Assembly: GCA_902533965.1 (NCBI GenBank)
Contig: CACANZ010000001.1
Span: 37,160 to 101,159, forward strand
DNA: 64,000 bases
Reading direction: 5' to 3'
Source of the DNA: an uncultured Pelagibacteraceae bacterium
Lineage (GTDB): Bacteria; Pseudomonadota; Alphaproteobacteria; Pelagibacterales; AG-422-B15
The position numbers and the translations under genes are program-made. Below the pieces are notes generated by a model. The model saw only the letters and a list, made by a program, of their open reading frames with translations, ran no database searches and was not told where the DNA came from. This document shows, one piece after another, positions 36,807 to 45,592 of this stretch. Each line of letters starts with the position of its first letter. Position 1 is the stretch's first letter.

Positions 36807-37723
36807 AATTCAAATCCTAACTCAGATATCGGAATATAATTAAAGTTTAATCGCTCACGCTTAATGACTCTAAGCTTTGCCGAACGAGATCTTGGGTTAC
36901 TTAATACTTCCTTGGAAGATGGTTTTATTAATTTGGTCTTTTTATTTTTTAAACAAACTTTATTTGTAAAATTCTTTACTAGCCTATCCTCAATTGAATG
37001 AAATGTGACCACGCATATCTTCCCATTTGCTCTTAGTAAATTAAAAGCTTGATTGAGACCAGCATGAAGCTCTTGTATTTCATTATTAATAAAAATTCTA
37101 ATAGCCTGGAATGTTTTCGTTGCAGGGTGTTTTTTGTAATATTTTGATGGAAACGATTTTTTAATTATTTCTGCAAGCTCGATCGTTCTCTCAATTTTTT
37201 TTTGAGTTCTGTACTTCTCTATATTTCTAGCAATTTTTCTTGAATTTCTCTCATCTCCGTAATGATAGATGATATCAGCAAGCTCATCTTTGTCCTTTGT
37301 ATTTATTAAGTCTGAAGCTGTTTGGCCATCCTGACTCATTCTCATATCTAGGGGGCCATCTTGTATGAATGAAAACCCTCTATTTGCATCATCTAGTTGC
37401 ATTGATGAAACTCCTATATCAAATACGAAACCGTTAATTTCTTTTTCTTTTGTTTCTTCGGAAATTTTATCAATCTGACTAAATTTAGAATGTACAAAAG
37501 AAAATCGACTGCCGTACTTTTTTTTAAATCTTTCAGCTTGTTTTTTGACTTTTGGATCTCTGTCGATTGCAATGACTTTGCATTCACAGCTTTGAAGGAT
37601 TCTCTCTGTATATCCTCCATATCCAAATGTTGCGTCGATGTATGTTTCATTATCTTTTGGCCCTAATTGTTCAATAACCTCTTCAATAAGAACTGGCCTG
37701 TGGCCAAGTTCTTTATTTGTCAT
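36800..37723 (-). CDS. rsmH: 16S rRNA (cytosine1402-N4)-methyltransferase
   Basis: 307 aa with [15 protein letters not shown] and [10 protein letters not shown] motifs. Its start overlaps the ftsZ stop (ATGA at 37720-37723). Confidence 0.93.
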   Translation of the reverse strand: MTNKELGHRPVLIEEVIEQLGPKDNETYIDATFGYGGYTERILQSCECKVIAIDRDPKVKKQAERFKKKYGSRFSFVHSKFSQIDKISEETKEKEINGFVFDIGVSSMQLDDANRGFSFIQDGPLDMRMSQDGQTASDLINTKDKDELADIIYHYGDERNSRKIARNIEKYRTQKKIERTIELAEIIKKSFPSKYYKKHPATKTFQAIRIFINNEIQELHAGLNQAFNLLRANGKICVVTFHSIEDRLVKNFTNKVCLKNKKTKLIKPSSKEVLSNPRSRSAKLRVIKRERLNFNYIPISELGFELC

Positions 37724-39408
37724 TTACTCTGTCTTCTCAAGAAAGATGGAATTTCAAGTAAATCCTGATCAGTTTCTAATTCTTCATCAGCTTCAATAGA
37801 ATCATGTGTCTCGTCAAGTTGATGCACGTTTTGGTCACTAAATAAGTCAGGTGTGTCACTATCTGAATTTTCCCTATTTGCATGTATTAAATCCATAATG
37901 CTTTGAGAAGACTCTTCCTGCTCCATAGCTGCCTCTTCGATTGGCTCTGAATTAACTTCAGGCTCAGCAATCATATCTGGTTCAGAAACTGGCTCTGACT
38001 CCATTTCTGGCTCAGCAATTACCTCTTCTTCAGCAACTTCCATTTCTGGCTCTTCGATTGGCTCTGAATTAACTTCAGGCTCAGCAATCATATCTGGTTC
38101 AGAAACTGGCTCTGCCTCCATTTCTGGCTCAGCAATTACCTCTTCTTCAGCAACTTCCATTTCTGGCTCTTCGATTAACTCTGAATTAACTTCAGGCTCA
38201 GCAATCATTTCCGGTTCAGAAGTTTCCTCTTCAATAATTGTTATTTCATCATTCATTGACCCTGAATCTTTTTCATCTGAGCCATCCATGTACATATATG
38301 GATCAGAATTTTTGTGGATTTCATCTTCTTGATTAGCTGAAGCATGAATAGATCCTGTTCCATTCACTTGAGTTCCTGGAATTGATGAAACTGTTGAACT
38401 ATTATCTACTTGTAAATCAATTATTCTCTTTGATGGCTTGTCATGAGGTTCTAACCCAGTTGCAACAACAGAAACTCTAGCTTTACCCTCAAGATTTTCG
38501 TCAAAGATTGATCCAACAATTACATCTGCATCAGGGTGAACTTGTTCTCTTATCTCATTTGTAATTTTATCAACTTCATGCAATGTTAAGTCAGTTCCAC
38601 CAGTTATGTTGATCAATAATCCTTTGGCTCCGTCCAAAGAGTAGTCATCAAGCAGTGGATTTGTAACCGCATTGTGAGCACATTCTATTGCTCTATTGTC
38701 ACCAGACGCTTCACCTGTGCCCATCATTGCGCGTCCCATATTATTCATGATTGTCTTTACATCAGCAAAGTCTAAGTTGATTAATCCCGGTACGACCATC
38801 AAATCGGTAATACTTCTTACTCCTGCATGCAAAACATCATCCGCCATCGAAAATGCATCGGCAAACGTTGTTTTCTCATCAGCAACTTTAAATAAATTTT
38901 GGTTTGGAATAACAATCGTTGTATCTACTAAATGTTCTAACTCTTTCAGCCCTTGCTCAGCAATTCTCATTCTTCCAGCTCCTTCGAATTGAAATGGTTT
39001 AGTAACAACTGCTACAGTAAGTATACCCAATTCTCTAGCAACACGCGCTATCACTGGAGCAGCGCCTGTACCAGTACCGCCACCCATACCAGCAGTAATA
39101 AAAAGCATGTTTGTGCCTTCAAGTCTTTCCATTATTTCGTGTTTAGTTTCATCGGCTGAGGATTTACCGATATCAGGATGAGAACCAGCTCCCAATCCCT
39201 TAGTGACCTGAACACCCAATTGCATTTTTGAATCACTTAATGATTTAGAAAGAGCTTGTGCATCTGTATTGGCTGCAACAAATTCAACTCCTGATAATCC
39301 AGACTGAATCATATTGTTAATTGCATTACCGCCTGCACCACCGACTCCAAATACTGTTATCTTAGGCTTAAGCTCTTTTAGTTCTGGAACACTTAAATTT
39401 AAAACCAT
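37720..39408 (-). CDS. ftsZ: Cell division GTPase FtsZ with a long acidic, tandemly repeated C-terminal linker
   Basis: 562 aa with GVGGAGGNA and the tubulin signature [11 protein letters not shown]. The C-terminal conserved peptide is [14 protein letters not shown]. The linker carries 39-aa E/P-rich repeats. Confidence 0.95.
   Translation of the reverse strand: MVLNLSVPELKELKPKITVFGVGGAGGNAINNMIQSGLSGVEFVAANTDAQALSKSLSDSKMQLGVQVTKGLGAGSHPDIGKSSADETKHEIMERLEGTNMLFITAGMGGGTGTGAAPVIARVARELGILTVAVVTKPFQFEGAGRMRIAEQGLKELEHLVDTTIVIPNQNLFKVADEKTTFADAFSMADDVLHAGVRSITDLMVVPGLINLDFADVKTIMNNMGRAMMGTGEASGDNRAIECAHNAVTNPLLDDYSLDGAKGLLINITGGTDLTLHEVDKITNEIREQVHPDADVIVGSIFDENLEGKARVSVVATGLEPHDKPSKRIIDLQVDNSSTVSSIPGTQVNGTGSIHASANQEDEIHKNSDPYMYMDGSDEKDSGSMNDEITIIEEETSEPEMIAEPEVNSELIEEPEMEVAEEEVIAEPEMEAEPVSEPDMIAEPEVNSEPIEEPEMEVAEEEVIAEPEMESEPVSEPDMIAEPEVNSEPIEEAAMEQEESSQSIMDLIHANRENSDSDTPDLFSDQNVHQLDETHDSIEADEELETDQDLLEIPSFLRRQSK
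37934..38220. repeat. 117-bp tandem repeat, ~2.45 copies, inside the ftsZ linker-coding region
   Basis: TCTTCGA anchors occur at 37934, 38051 and 38168 (period 117). By eye, copies 1 and 2 differ at one position (GACTCC vs GCCTCC). The repeat encodes [28 protein letters not shown](A/S)[10 protein letters not shown]. Confidence 0.9.
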
Positions 39409-39433
39409 GAAATTATCCTCCTATTTTCATTAG

Positions 39434-39886
39434 TTATTCATTTTTCCATTTGAGATTTGATAAATTATTTTTTGCTTTATCACTTTTTTCTTTTTTGAAA
39501 GAGTCATAAGTATCAGGATTCCACATTTGGAATGTTTCACCCATACCTACGAAGGAAACTTGGTCAATAATACCTGCAATAGAGATTAATCCATCGGGTA
39601 TGATGACTCTGCCTTCTTGATCAAAATGAATTTGTTGGCTGTCAGCAAAAATAGAAGTTGAAAAAGTATTTCTTTCCTCACTGAAGGGACCAGATGCTTC
39701 TATCGCATCACTAATCTTTTGCATTCTATTAGCAGTACACCCTTCTATTGACTTAAGAGTCGGTGAAGGATAACAAATCATTCCCTTCAATCCGTTTTGT
39801 TCTAAGATACTTCTAAAAGAAGATGGAACAGAAACACGACCTTTTTTGTCAATGCGATTGATGTATGTAGATAGAAACAATGCCAT
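39434..39886 (-). CDS. mraZ: Transcriptional regulator MraZ
   Basis: Two SpoVT/AbrB-like halves with DKKGRVSVPSSFR and DQEGRVIIPDGL. The ORF track begins at 39922. The Met at 39886 (MALFLSTYINRIDKKGR) matches the usual MraZ N-terminus. Confidence 0.9.
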   Translation of the reverse strand: MALFLSTYINRIDKKGRVSVPSSFRSILEQNGLKGMICYPSPTLKSIEGCTANRMQKISDAIEASGPFSEERNTFSTSIFADSQQIHFDQEGRVIIPDGLISIAGIIDQVSFVGMGETFQMWNPDTYDSFKKEKSDKAKNNLSNLKWKNE

Positions 39887-39934
39887 TTTTAAAAAAAAGT
39901 TAGTTATTAAAATAATCAACAAAATTACCTCATT

Positions 39935-39979
39935 TGGGTTAAATTGGGATTACTTGGGATAGTATGGGATTATATGGGT
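39935..39979 (+). promoter_or_regulatory. Five direct TGGG boxes at exact 10-bp spacing; probable MraZ operator
   Basis: TGGG occurs at 39935, 39945, 39955, 39965 and 39975 (TTGGGTTAAA TTGGGATTAC TTGGGATAGT ATGGGATTAT ATGGGTAATG), 49-93 nt upstream of the mraZ ATG. E. coli MraZ binds TGGGN direct repeats with 5-nt spacers. Here the boxes read TGGG on the strand opposite to mraZ. Confidence 0.6.
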
Positions 39980-40082
39980 AATGTCTATACTTATTTATGA
40001 GATTTCTTTTATAATCAATTATTTAACTCATATTATACATTAGCCTATATTTATAAACTATTGAAAATAAATGAGAAATTTT

Positions 40083-40439
40083 GCCAGATAATTTATAAGC
40101 CGGGTTCTGTGATTTTTTTACAAAAAACCGATAACTATTCATCTAGCTCAATTGTTACCAATTGAGTCTTGCGATCAACCCGGTTACAGCCAAGACAAGC
40201 CAATGTAACCCTATTTGATCTTGCTCCCAGTGGGGTTTACCATGCCTTTTTTGTTACCAAAAAAGCGGTGAGCTCTTACCTCACCTTTTCACCCTTACCC
40301 TTAAAATTTCAATTAGGGCGGTTTATTTTCTGCGGCACTTTCCCTAGAGTTGCCTCCGCCGGGTATTACCCGGCACTGTTGCCTTGTGGAGCCCGGACTT
40401 TCCTCTTGATCAAGCCAAGCAGTTATCCAATTATCTGGC
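40083..40439 (-). ncRNA. rnpB: RNase P RNA, bacterial type A; ends approximate
   Basis: The minus strand reads GCCAGAUAAUU...GAGGAAAGUCCGGGCUCCACAAGG...GGUAAGGGUGAAAAGGUG...AGCAAGAUCAAAUAGGG...ACAGAACCCGGCUUAUAAAUUAUCUGGC. The universally conserved GGAAAGUCCGGGCUCC and ACAGAACCCGGCUUA blocks are present. P1 is formed by 40439-40429 with 40093-40083. Confidence 0.93.
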
Positions 40440-40476
40440 TGAAAGGGTTTATCCTCTTAAAAGATATTGGTCAAGC

Positions 40477-41187
40477 CTATCTTTGGAGAGATGTAAGTTC
40501 TCTCAGATATACCAACAATTTGCGCTTAATTGTAAAATCCTCTAACTCTTCGGGGCAATAGTGACTTTCAAAAGCGTAAATAACTTGAAGTGTTTCTTTA
40601 TCCATTAAACTAGATATAGTAATTTTATACCCAAAATCTCTTAGTAACTTTTGTAAAGATTTAATCTCTGAAGCTCTAAGCGGCGTTTTAGAACTATTTT
40701 TCTTTGGTAAAATTACTAAGCCTTTTGCAGCTAACTTATGCCAAGGGAATAAATATCCCGGATCTATCTTTCGCAGTGGAGCAACATCTGAGTGGCCCAA
40801 AACATTACTTTTTTTAATTTTGTACTTCGTCTGTAGACTTTCGATTAATGATATAAGTGATTTTATCTGAGGTAACTTAAATTTGTGGTATCCAAATTCT
40901 TGGCCTTTATTTTGTAACTCTATGCCTATAGACTTTGAGTTTAAATTTCTATCTTTTTTCCAATTAGATATGCCTGCGTGCCAAGCAATATCTTTATCAT
41001 TTACGAGTTGGATAATTTTTCCTCCTTCATTAATAAAATAATGTGAACTCACTTTATGTTTTTTTGATCTAAGCCTTTTAATTGAATCCTGCGCTGTTTT
41101 CATTCCTGTATAATGTATGATTATATATTTTATATTTCTTCTGTTTACTTGTTGAAAATTTGGGGATTTTAGATATTCGATTTTCAT
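40477..41187 (-). CDS. N-acetylmuramoyl-L-alanine amidase (Amidase_2/AmpD-like) with a C-terminal peptidoglycan-binding-like domain
   Basis: 236 aa with IIIHYTG, AWHAG and GHSDVAP contexts of the zinc amidase_2 fold. No obvious signal peptide. Confidence 0.8.
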   Translation of the reverse strand: MKIEYLKSPNFQQVNRRNIKYIIIHYTGMKTAQDSIKRLRSKKHKVSSHYFINEGGKIIQLVNDKDIAWHAGISNWKKDRNLNSKSIGIELQNKGQEFGYHKFKLPQIKSLISLIESLQTKYKIKKSNVLGHSDVAPLRKIDPGYLFPWHKLAAKGLVILPKKNSSKTPLRASEIKSLQKLLRDFGYKITISSLMDKETLQVIYAFESHYCPEELEDFTIKRKLLVYLRELTSLQR

Positions 41188-42083
41188 GGTGAGCTCGATA
41201 CCTTTTCCTCATCTGGTTCTCTCATCATTACAATAGCAACTCCTGTGAATGACATGGTTGCGCCAAAGATAATTTTAAATGTAAGCACTTCATTAAATCC
41301 TTCATAAAGAGAAAAATAAGAAATAATCAGTGCATTTAATATTGCAAGTACCGGAGCAAGTAGCGTTAGAGGTGTAATTTTTGATAAGTCATATTTTGTT
41401 ATTAAGTAATAAAAACCTGCATGACCGATAGCAGTTGCGGCAAATGCAGTAAACAATATGGCTCCCCAACCAATTATGGATGCATTTAAAATTAAGTCTA
41501 ATTGATTTTCCTCAATTAAAAATGAAATCGTTGCCAAGAATAAAAAGCTTATAAAAGCAATCCAAGCTTGTAGATCAAACACTTTAACATCTTTTAACTT
41601 CTTCATAAAAAGAAGGCTGATAGCAATAGATAAGGCTGCTAATAATGCGTAATAAACGCCACCGAGATCAGAAAATATTGTAGGCTCAAAAATCAAAATA
41701 ATAACTCCCCCAAATGCAAGTGCTATTCCAAGAATACGCCTCCACTTAATCACCTCACCTAAAAATACAACAGATAATATAGTTGCAAATGGAACACCTA
41801 ATTGAAGAACCACAGCAACAGAGGAAATAAATTGAGAATTATCAAGAGCAAGATAGAAAAACGCAAAATGGATGCCTCCTCCTAATATAGAAATAATTAA
41901 AATATTAGTCATTTGGCCGCGGTGAATTTTCAAAAAGGGTATGAGTAAAACTGCAATGATTAGAAATCTCATTGTTGTAAATAAAAATGGTGGAAATTCA
42001 TTTACACCGATTTTTGCAGAAATAAATGCCAGTCCCCACGCTAGATTAATGGATAATACAATGAATATATCTATTGTTCTCAA
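41184..42083 (-). CDS. EamA/DMT-family permease
   Basis: 299 aa with ~10 TM helices and a duplicated EamA-like architecture. ATGA overlap with the amidase. Confidence 0.8.
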   Translation of the reverse strand: MRTIDIFIVLSINLAWGLAFISAKIGVNEFPPFLFTTMRFLIIAVLLIPFLKIHRGQMTNILIISILGGGIHFAFFYLALDNSQFISSVAVVLQLGVPFATILSVVFLGEVIKWRRILGIALAFGGVIILIFEPTIFSDLGGVYYALLAALSIAISLLFMKKLKDVKVFDLQAWIAFISFLFLATISFLIEENQLDLILNASIIGWGAILFTAFAATAIGHAGFYYLITKYDLSKITPLTLLAPVLAILNALIISYFSLYEGFNEVLTFKIIFGATMSFTGVAIVMMREPDEEKVSSSP

Positions 42084-42177
42084 TACTGGCTCATTTCTGC
42101 ATTATTTTCTATTTATAATACGATTACACTAAAATATTAATTTGATTAGAAAATTCATATAGAATAGCATTATTTCA

Positions 42178-42999
42178 ATGAAATATAGAATATTAATAGT
42201 TTTATTTCTAAGTTCTGTTCTTGTATTGCAAGGATGTGCTTCAAAAGAAGCCACGGTGAACTATAACAATTCTGAAACTGAAATAGTTAGCGTTAATGAC
42301 CCACTTGAAAAAGTAAATCGTGTGGTTTTTCAATTTAATATTATTTTTGATAAGCTTATCTTAAGGCCAATTGCTGTTACCTACAGAGCCATTGTTCCAG
42401 AATTTGTTCGAAACAGAGTTACATACTCATTAAATAATTTAGGTATGCCAATCACGGCTGTGAATAATGTATTGCAAGGCGAGTTAAAAAAAGCCGGAGT
42501 ATCAACATCTAGATTTATTATTAACTCAACTGTTGGAATACTTGGACTCTTTGACCCAGCAGCAAGTATTGGTCTTGTATCTGAAAACGAAGACTTTGGA
42601 CAAACTTTGAGTGTATGGGGTGTTGAGTCTGGTCCATACTTAGTTTTACCTTTCTTAGGACCTTCCACACCAAGAGACTTTGCAGGCATGCTATCAACAT
42701 CACTATTGGATCCAATGTATCAAGTGGGAGGTGGATCTGCTCCAGACTCACTAAGAGCTTACAGAATGGGTACTGGCGCAGTTGATTTTAGATCTCAAAA
42801 CATAGAAATTCTTGATGATCTACAAAACAATTCAATTGATTACTATGCAGCAGTAAGAAGCTTTTATTCGCAAGGAAGAGAAAGTCAGGCCTCAAATAAC
42901 TTAGAAAGCAATACTCAAGATCAAGAAAATGATATTTTTGATGACTTTGATATCGATGAAAGTTATGTAGGACCAGACATTGAGATTATTTATGATTAA
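42178..42999 (+). CDS. mlaA: MlaA/VacJ-family outer-membrane lipoprotein
   Basis: 273 aa with lipobox LQGC and VacJ-like core NDPLEKVNRVVFQFN...GPYLVLPFLGPST. Confidence 0.85.
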   Translation: MKYRILIVLFLSSVLVLQGCASKEATVNYNNSETEIVSVNDPLEKVNRVVFQFNIIFDKLILRPIAVTYRAIVPEFVRNRVTYSLNNLGMPITAVNNVLQGELKKAGVSTSRFIINSTVGILGLFDPAASIGLVSENEDFGQTLSVWGVESGPYLVLPFLGPSTPRDFAGMLSTSLLDPMYQVGGGSAPDSLRAYRMGTGAVDFRSQNIEILDDLQNNSIDYYAAVRSFYSQGRESQASNNLESNTQDQENDIFDDFDIDESYVGPDIEIIYD

Positions 43000-43591
43000 A
43001 ATTAATTATTTTAGCTGGATTTTAATTTTTTTGCTTTCTTTTGCGACTTACTCCCAAAGCTCAGAGTTCGCTCAAGAAGAAGAGTTTGTTTCAAACTTTG
43101 CAGACCAAGCGATTGAGATTTTGAGTGACGAGGGTATTAGCGAAAACGATAAAACGTCTCGTTTCACTGATGTAGTAATGAATGCAATTGACCTAAATTT
43201 AATTTCAAAATTCGTACTCTCTAAAACTTGGAAAAATTCAACTGATGAACAAAAAGAAAGATATTTGATTGCATTTAAAGATTATTTTATCAACTCCTAT
43301 GCGAATAAGCTTGATCAATACTCAGGGGAGCAAATTCAAATTGTTGGGTCTGAAGCTGCAGGAAAATACGTAATTGTTGAAAGTAATATTGTACGAGAAG
43401 GAACTGATACTTTAAAAATAAATTTAAAGTGGAGACTGATTAATAGAGACGGTGATATAAAAATAATTGATCTGAATATTGAAGGTATCAGTCTTGTAAT
43501 TGCACAAAGAGAAGAGTTTCAGTCATTTCTAGCAAATAACGATAATGATATAGAGAAATTAATCGATAAGATTATTACTGTATCTGATTAA
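42980..43591 (+). CDS. mlaC: MlaC/Ttg2D-like periplasmic phospholipid-binding protein
   Basis: 203 aa with a signal peptide and the toluene-tolerance family pattern (ISKFVLSKTWK...IKIIDLNIEGISLVIAQREEF). Overlaps the mlaA end. Confidence 0.7.
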   Translation: MRLFMIKINYFSWILIFLLSFATYSQSSEFAQEEEFVSNFADQAIEILSDEGISENDKTSRFTDVVMNAIDLNLISKFVLSKTWKNSTDEQKERYLIAFKDYFINSYANKLDQYSGEQIQIVGSEAAGKYVIVESNIVREGTDTLKINLKWRLINRDGDIKIIDLNIEGISLVIAQREEFQSFLANNDNDIEKLIDKIITVSD

Positions 43592-43602
43592 TTCTTTCTA
43601 AA

Positions 43603-43974
43603 TTATTTTGATGGTAATCCACCTGGTTTCCAGCCAATAACAAATCCGTCCTCAACATTGTAAAGATTTTGATAACCATTTGACTCTAATATTAAAGCAG
43701 CATGCATTGACCTTGCCCCTGACTTACAAATAAAGTAAATTTCCGAATTTTTTGAAATACCATAAGAATTGAATTGATTCAAAAAATTAGTGTTTTCATC
43801 ACCCTCCTCATTAATGAGAGTTAATTCAATATATTGAGCATCAAAAGAGTTTTCATCCACTCTTCCAAATGTTTCCCATTCGTAAGGTGTGCGTACATCA
43901 ACTAGATATGCATCTTTATTTTCTTTAATTGTGCTATAACAATTTTCTGCAGATATATTTTTTATATTACTCAT
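43603..43974 (-). CDS. Single-domain rhodanese (sulfurtransferase)
   Basis: 123 aa with active-site loop CKSGARS (C-X5-R type). Confidence 0.8.
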   Translation of the reverse strand: MSNIKNISAENCYSTIKENKDAYLVDVRTPYEWETFGRVDENSFDAQYIELTLINEEGDENTNFLNQFNSYGISKNSEIYFICKSGARSMHAALILESNGYQNLYNVEDGFVIGWKPGGLPSK

Positions 43975-43976
43975 TA

Positions 43977-44216
43977 CTATGATTTCTGATTAGATGATTT
44001 AAATCGATCTGAAATTGGACTAATTTTAGTTTTTCTTCCCCTTACTCGCTTTCTCCACATTAAAAAAGAGGACCTTTTCATATTCTCTTTCATTAATTTA
44101 ATAACTTCTTTCTCTTGTATTCCAAATTGTTTCCTAATATCAGCGAAAGTTGTTCTATCTTCCCAGGCCATTTCTATAACGCGATCGATATCTGACTGCG
44201 ATAGTTTATTGTCCAT
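43977..44216 (-). CDS. TIGR03643/DUF2805-family small protein
   Basis: 79 aa with IEMAWEDRTTFADIRKQFG...LMWRKRVRGRKTK. This matches my recollection of the family, which is usually linked to photolyase genes. Confidence 0.7.
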   Translation of the reverse strand: MDNKLSQSDIDRVIEMAWEDRTTFADIRKQFGIQEKEVIKLMKENMKRSSFLMWRKRVRGRKTKISPISDRFKSSNQKS

Positions 44217-44217
44217 T

Positions 44218-45006
44218 TTAGGTTGAAATTTTTACAGCTTGAAAATTACCAGGGCGATGTTCCCCTTTTTCCACAACGCCAAGAAGTTTTTCCCAAATTT
44301 CCAGTGCACCGTCTGCCTCTTCTTTTCCTATTAGATTTACAACATCATCATAAAGTGGCCCTCTTATATCTGATATTTCTGTCTTAACTTTTTCGAGATA
44401 CCATTTATTACGATCATTTAGTGAGAGAACTTCAAATCCTGTTTCTTTTAAAAGACTTTCGTACTTTTCTAATGAGCACATAAACATATCGAGGCCTTCT
44501 GAGGCAATATATTCTTTCATCTGCTCTGATGGTTCGTTGTCATCATTTCTCATCCAATCACCAACCGCAAGAATACCATTGTCAGCTAAGATCTCGTTTA
44601 TCTCTTTGAGCAAGTTTTTTTTATCGATAATATGTAAAAATGCTTCTTTACTAAATACTGCCTCAAAACTTTTATCTTCAAATTTATATTCTCCAGGCTT
44701 TGTACAAATAAATTTTACTTTATCTGATAAATTTTTCTTTAACGCTAAATTATTTGCTGTTTCAATTACTAACGGTTCTGGATCTATTCCAATAACTTCT
44801 TTTGCACCATATGTTTCAATCATATGAAAAACTGCACCGCCCGTTCCACATCCAATATCTAGAACTTTTTTATTTTTTAGATTTAATCCTTTTAAAATCT
44901 GATCAATTTCATCTGTCCCACCAGGTGATAGAAAACCCTCACCCCAAACAGTTTTGAGCATATTTAGTTGTTTTGGGCCGTAATGTCCTTCGTCAGTTAA
45001 GCTCAT
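44218..45006 (-). CDS. Class I SAM-dependent methyltransferase, phosphoethanolamine-N-methyltransferase-like
   Basis: 262 aa with VWGEGFLSPGG followed by motif I VLDIGCGTGG. This resembles PEAMT-type N-methyltransferase domains. Substrate unknown. Confidence 0.7.
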   Translation of the reverse strand: MSLTDEGHYGPKQLNMLKTVWGEGFLSPGGTDEIDQILKGLNLKNKKVLDIGCGTGGAVFHMIETYGAKEVIGIDPEPLVIETANNLALKKNLSDKVKFICTKPGEYKFEDKSFEAVFSKEAFLHIIDKKNLLKEINEILADNGILAVGDWMRNDDNEPSEQMKEYIASEGLDMFMCSLEKYESLLKETGFEVLSLNDRNKWYLEKVKTEISDIRGPLYDDVVNLIGKEEADGALEIWEKLLGVVEKGEHRPGNFQAVKIST

Positions 45007-45267
45007 ATTATTAATGATATATATTAGATGATCTAACTGTTTTGTTTAAGTCAATTAGACTTAAATTACATTTTCTTTTAATGACCAGCTTAATTACAGG
45101 TGGAAGTAAATTTCTAAACTTTACTCGCCTTACTAAAATATCTTGCTGCTTCATCATATGACCTATTTGCGTAAAATTTAGAAATACACAAAAGTGTTAA
45201 GTGCAAAGGTATGCCAAATAACAGCTCTGGTAGATCTAAATGCATAGAAAGATTTTAACCTGATTTA

Positions 45268-45561
45268 TCAGCTATAATCAAGAACAACCGTTCCTGAGAC
45301 AGGATCAGTTACACCCAATTCAGGAGATAATTCCTCTAGTAAGTGTCTCACTTTATCCAAGTTTCCAATCATGTTTTCTCTTTGTGCGGCAATGGCTTCC
45401 TCGGATTCCCAAATACCAATAAAACAATATGTACGGTCTCCTGTTTTAAAAAGACGACTCATTTTCTGACCCGGTAGATTTTCAAAACTTTTGTTTATTT
45501 CTAAGTATTCTTCTTCACAACCTTCTTTAACTTTAAATCTCACGGCATTACAAAATTCCAT
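45268..45561 (-). CDS. Small ABM/Dabb-fold-like protein (function unknown)
   Basis: 97 aa. The size and alternating beta-alpha pattern (RFKVKEG...YCFIGIWESEEA) suggest a ferredoxin-like ABM fold. Weak assignment. Confidence 0.45.
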   Translation of the reverse strand: MEFCNAVRFKVKEGCEEEYLEINKSFENLPGQKMSRLFKTGDRTYCFIGIWESEEAIAAQRENMIGNLDKVRHLLEELSPELGVTDPVSGTVVLDYS

Positions 45562-45592
45562 ATTATTACTCCTTTATTTTTAATTTATTAAA

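Noticed and set aside
40169-40561. 130-aa plus-strand ORF in the ORF track (MRSTRLQPRQANVTLFDLAPSG...)
   Set aside because: It lies almost entirely within the GC-richer RNase P RNA gene on the opposite strand, and its 3' end runs antisense into the amidase gene. The conserved RNase P blocks explain the region. The ORF is an artefact of locally higher GC.
45007-45267. 260-nt leader upstream of the methyltransferase operon, examined for a riboswitch (SAM-II/SAM-V-like UUGC...AAGCU elements) and for a 43-aa minus-strand ORF (about 45245-45114)
   Set aside because: The short motif matches are too far apart (about 115 nt) and I see no supporting pseudoknot or stems. The small ORF has no RBS, coupling or recognisable features. 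I cannot support either call without covariance-model searches.
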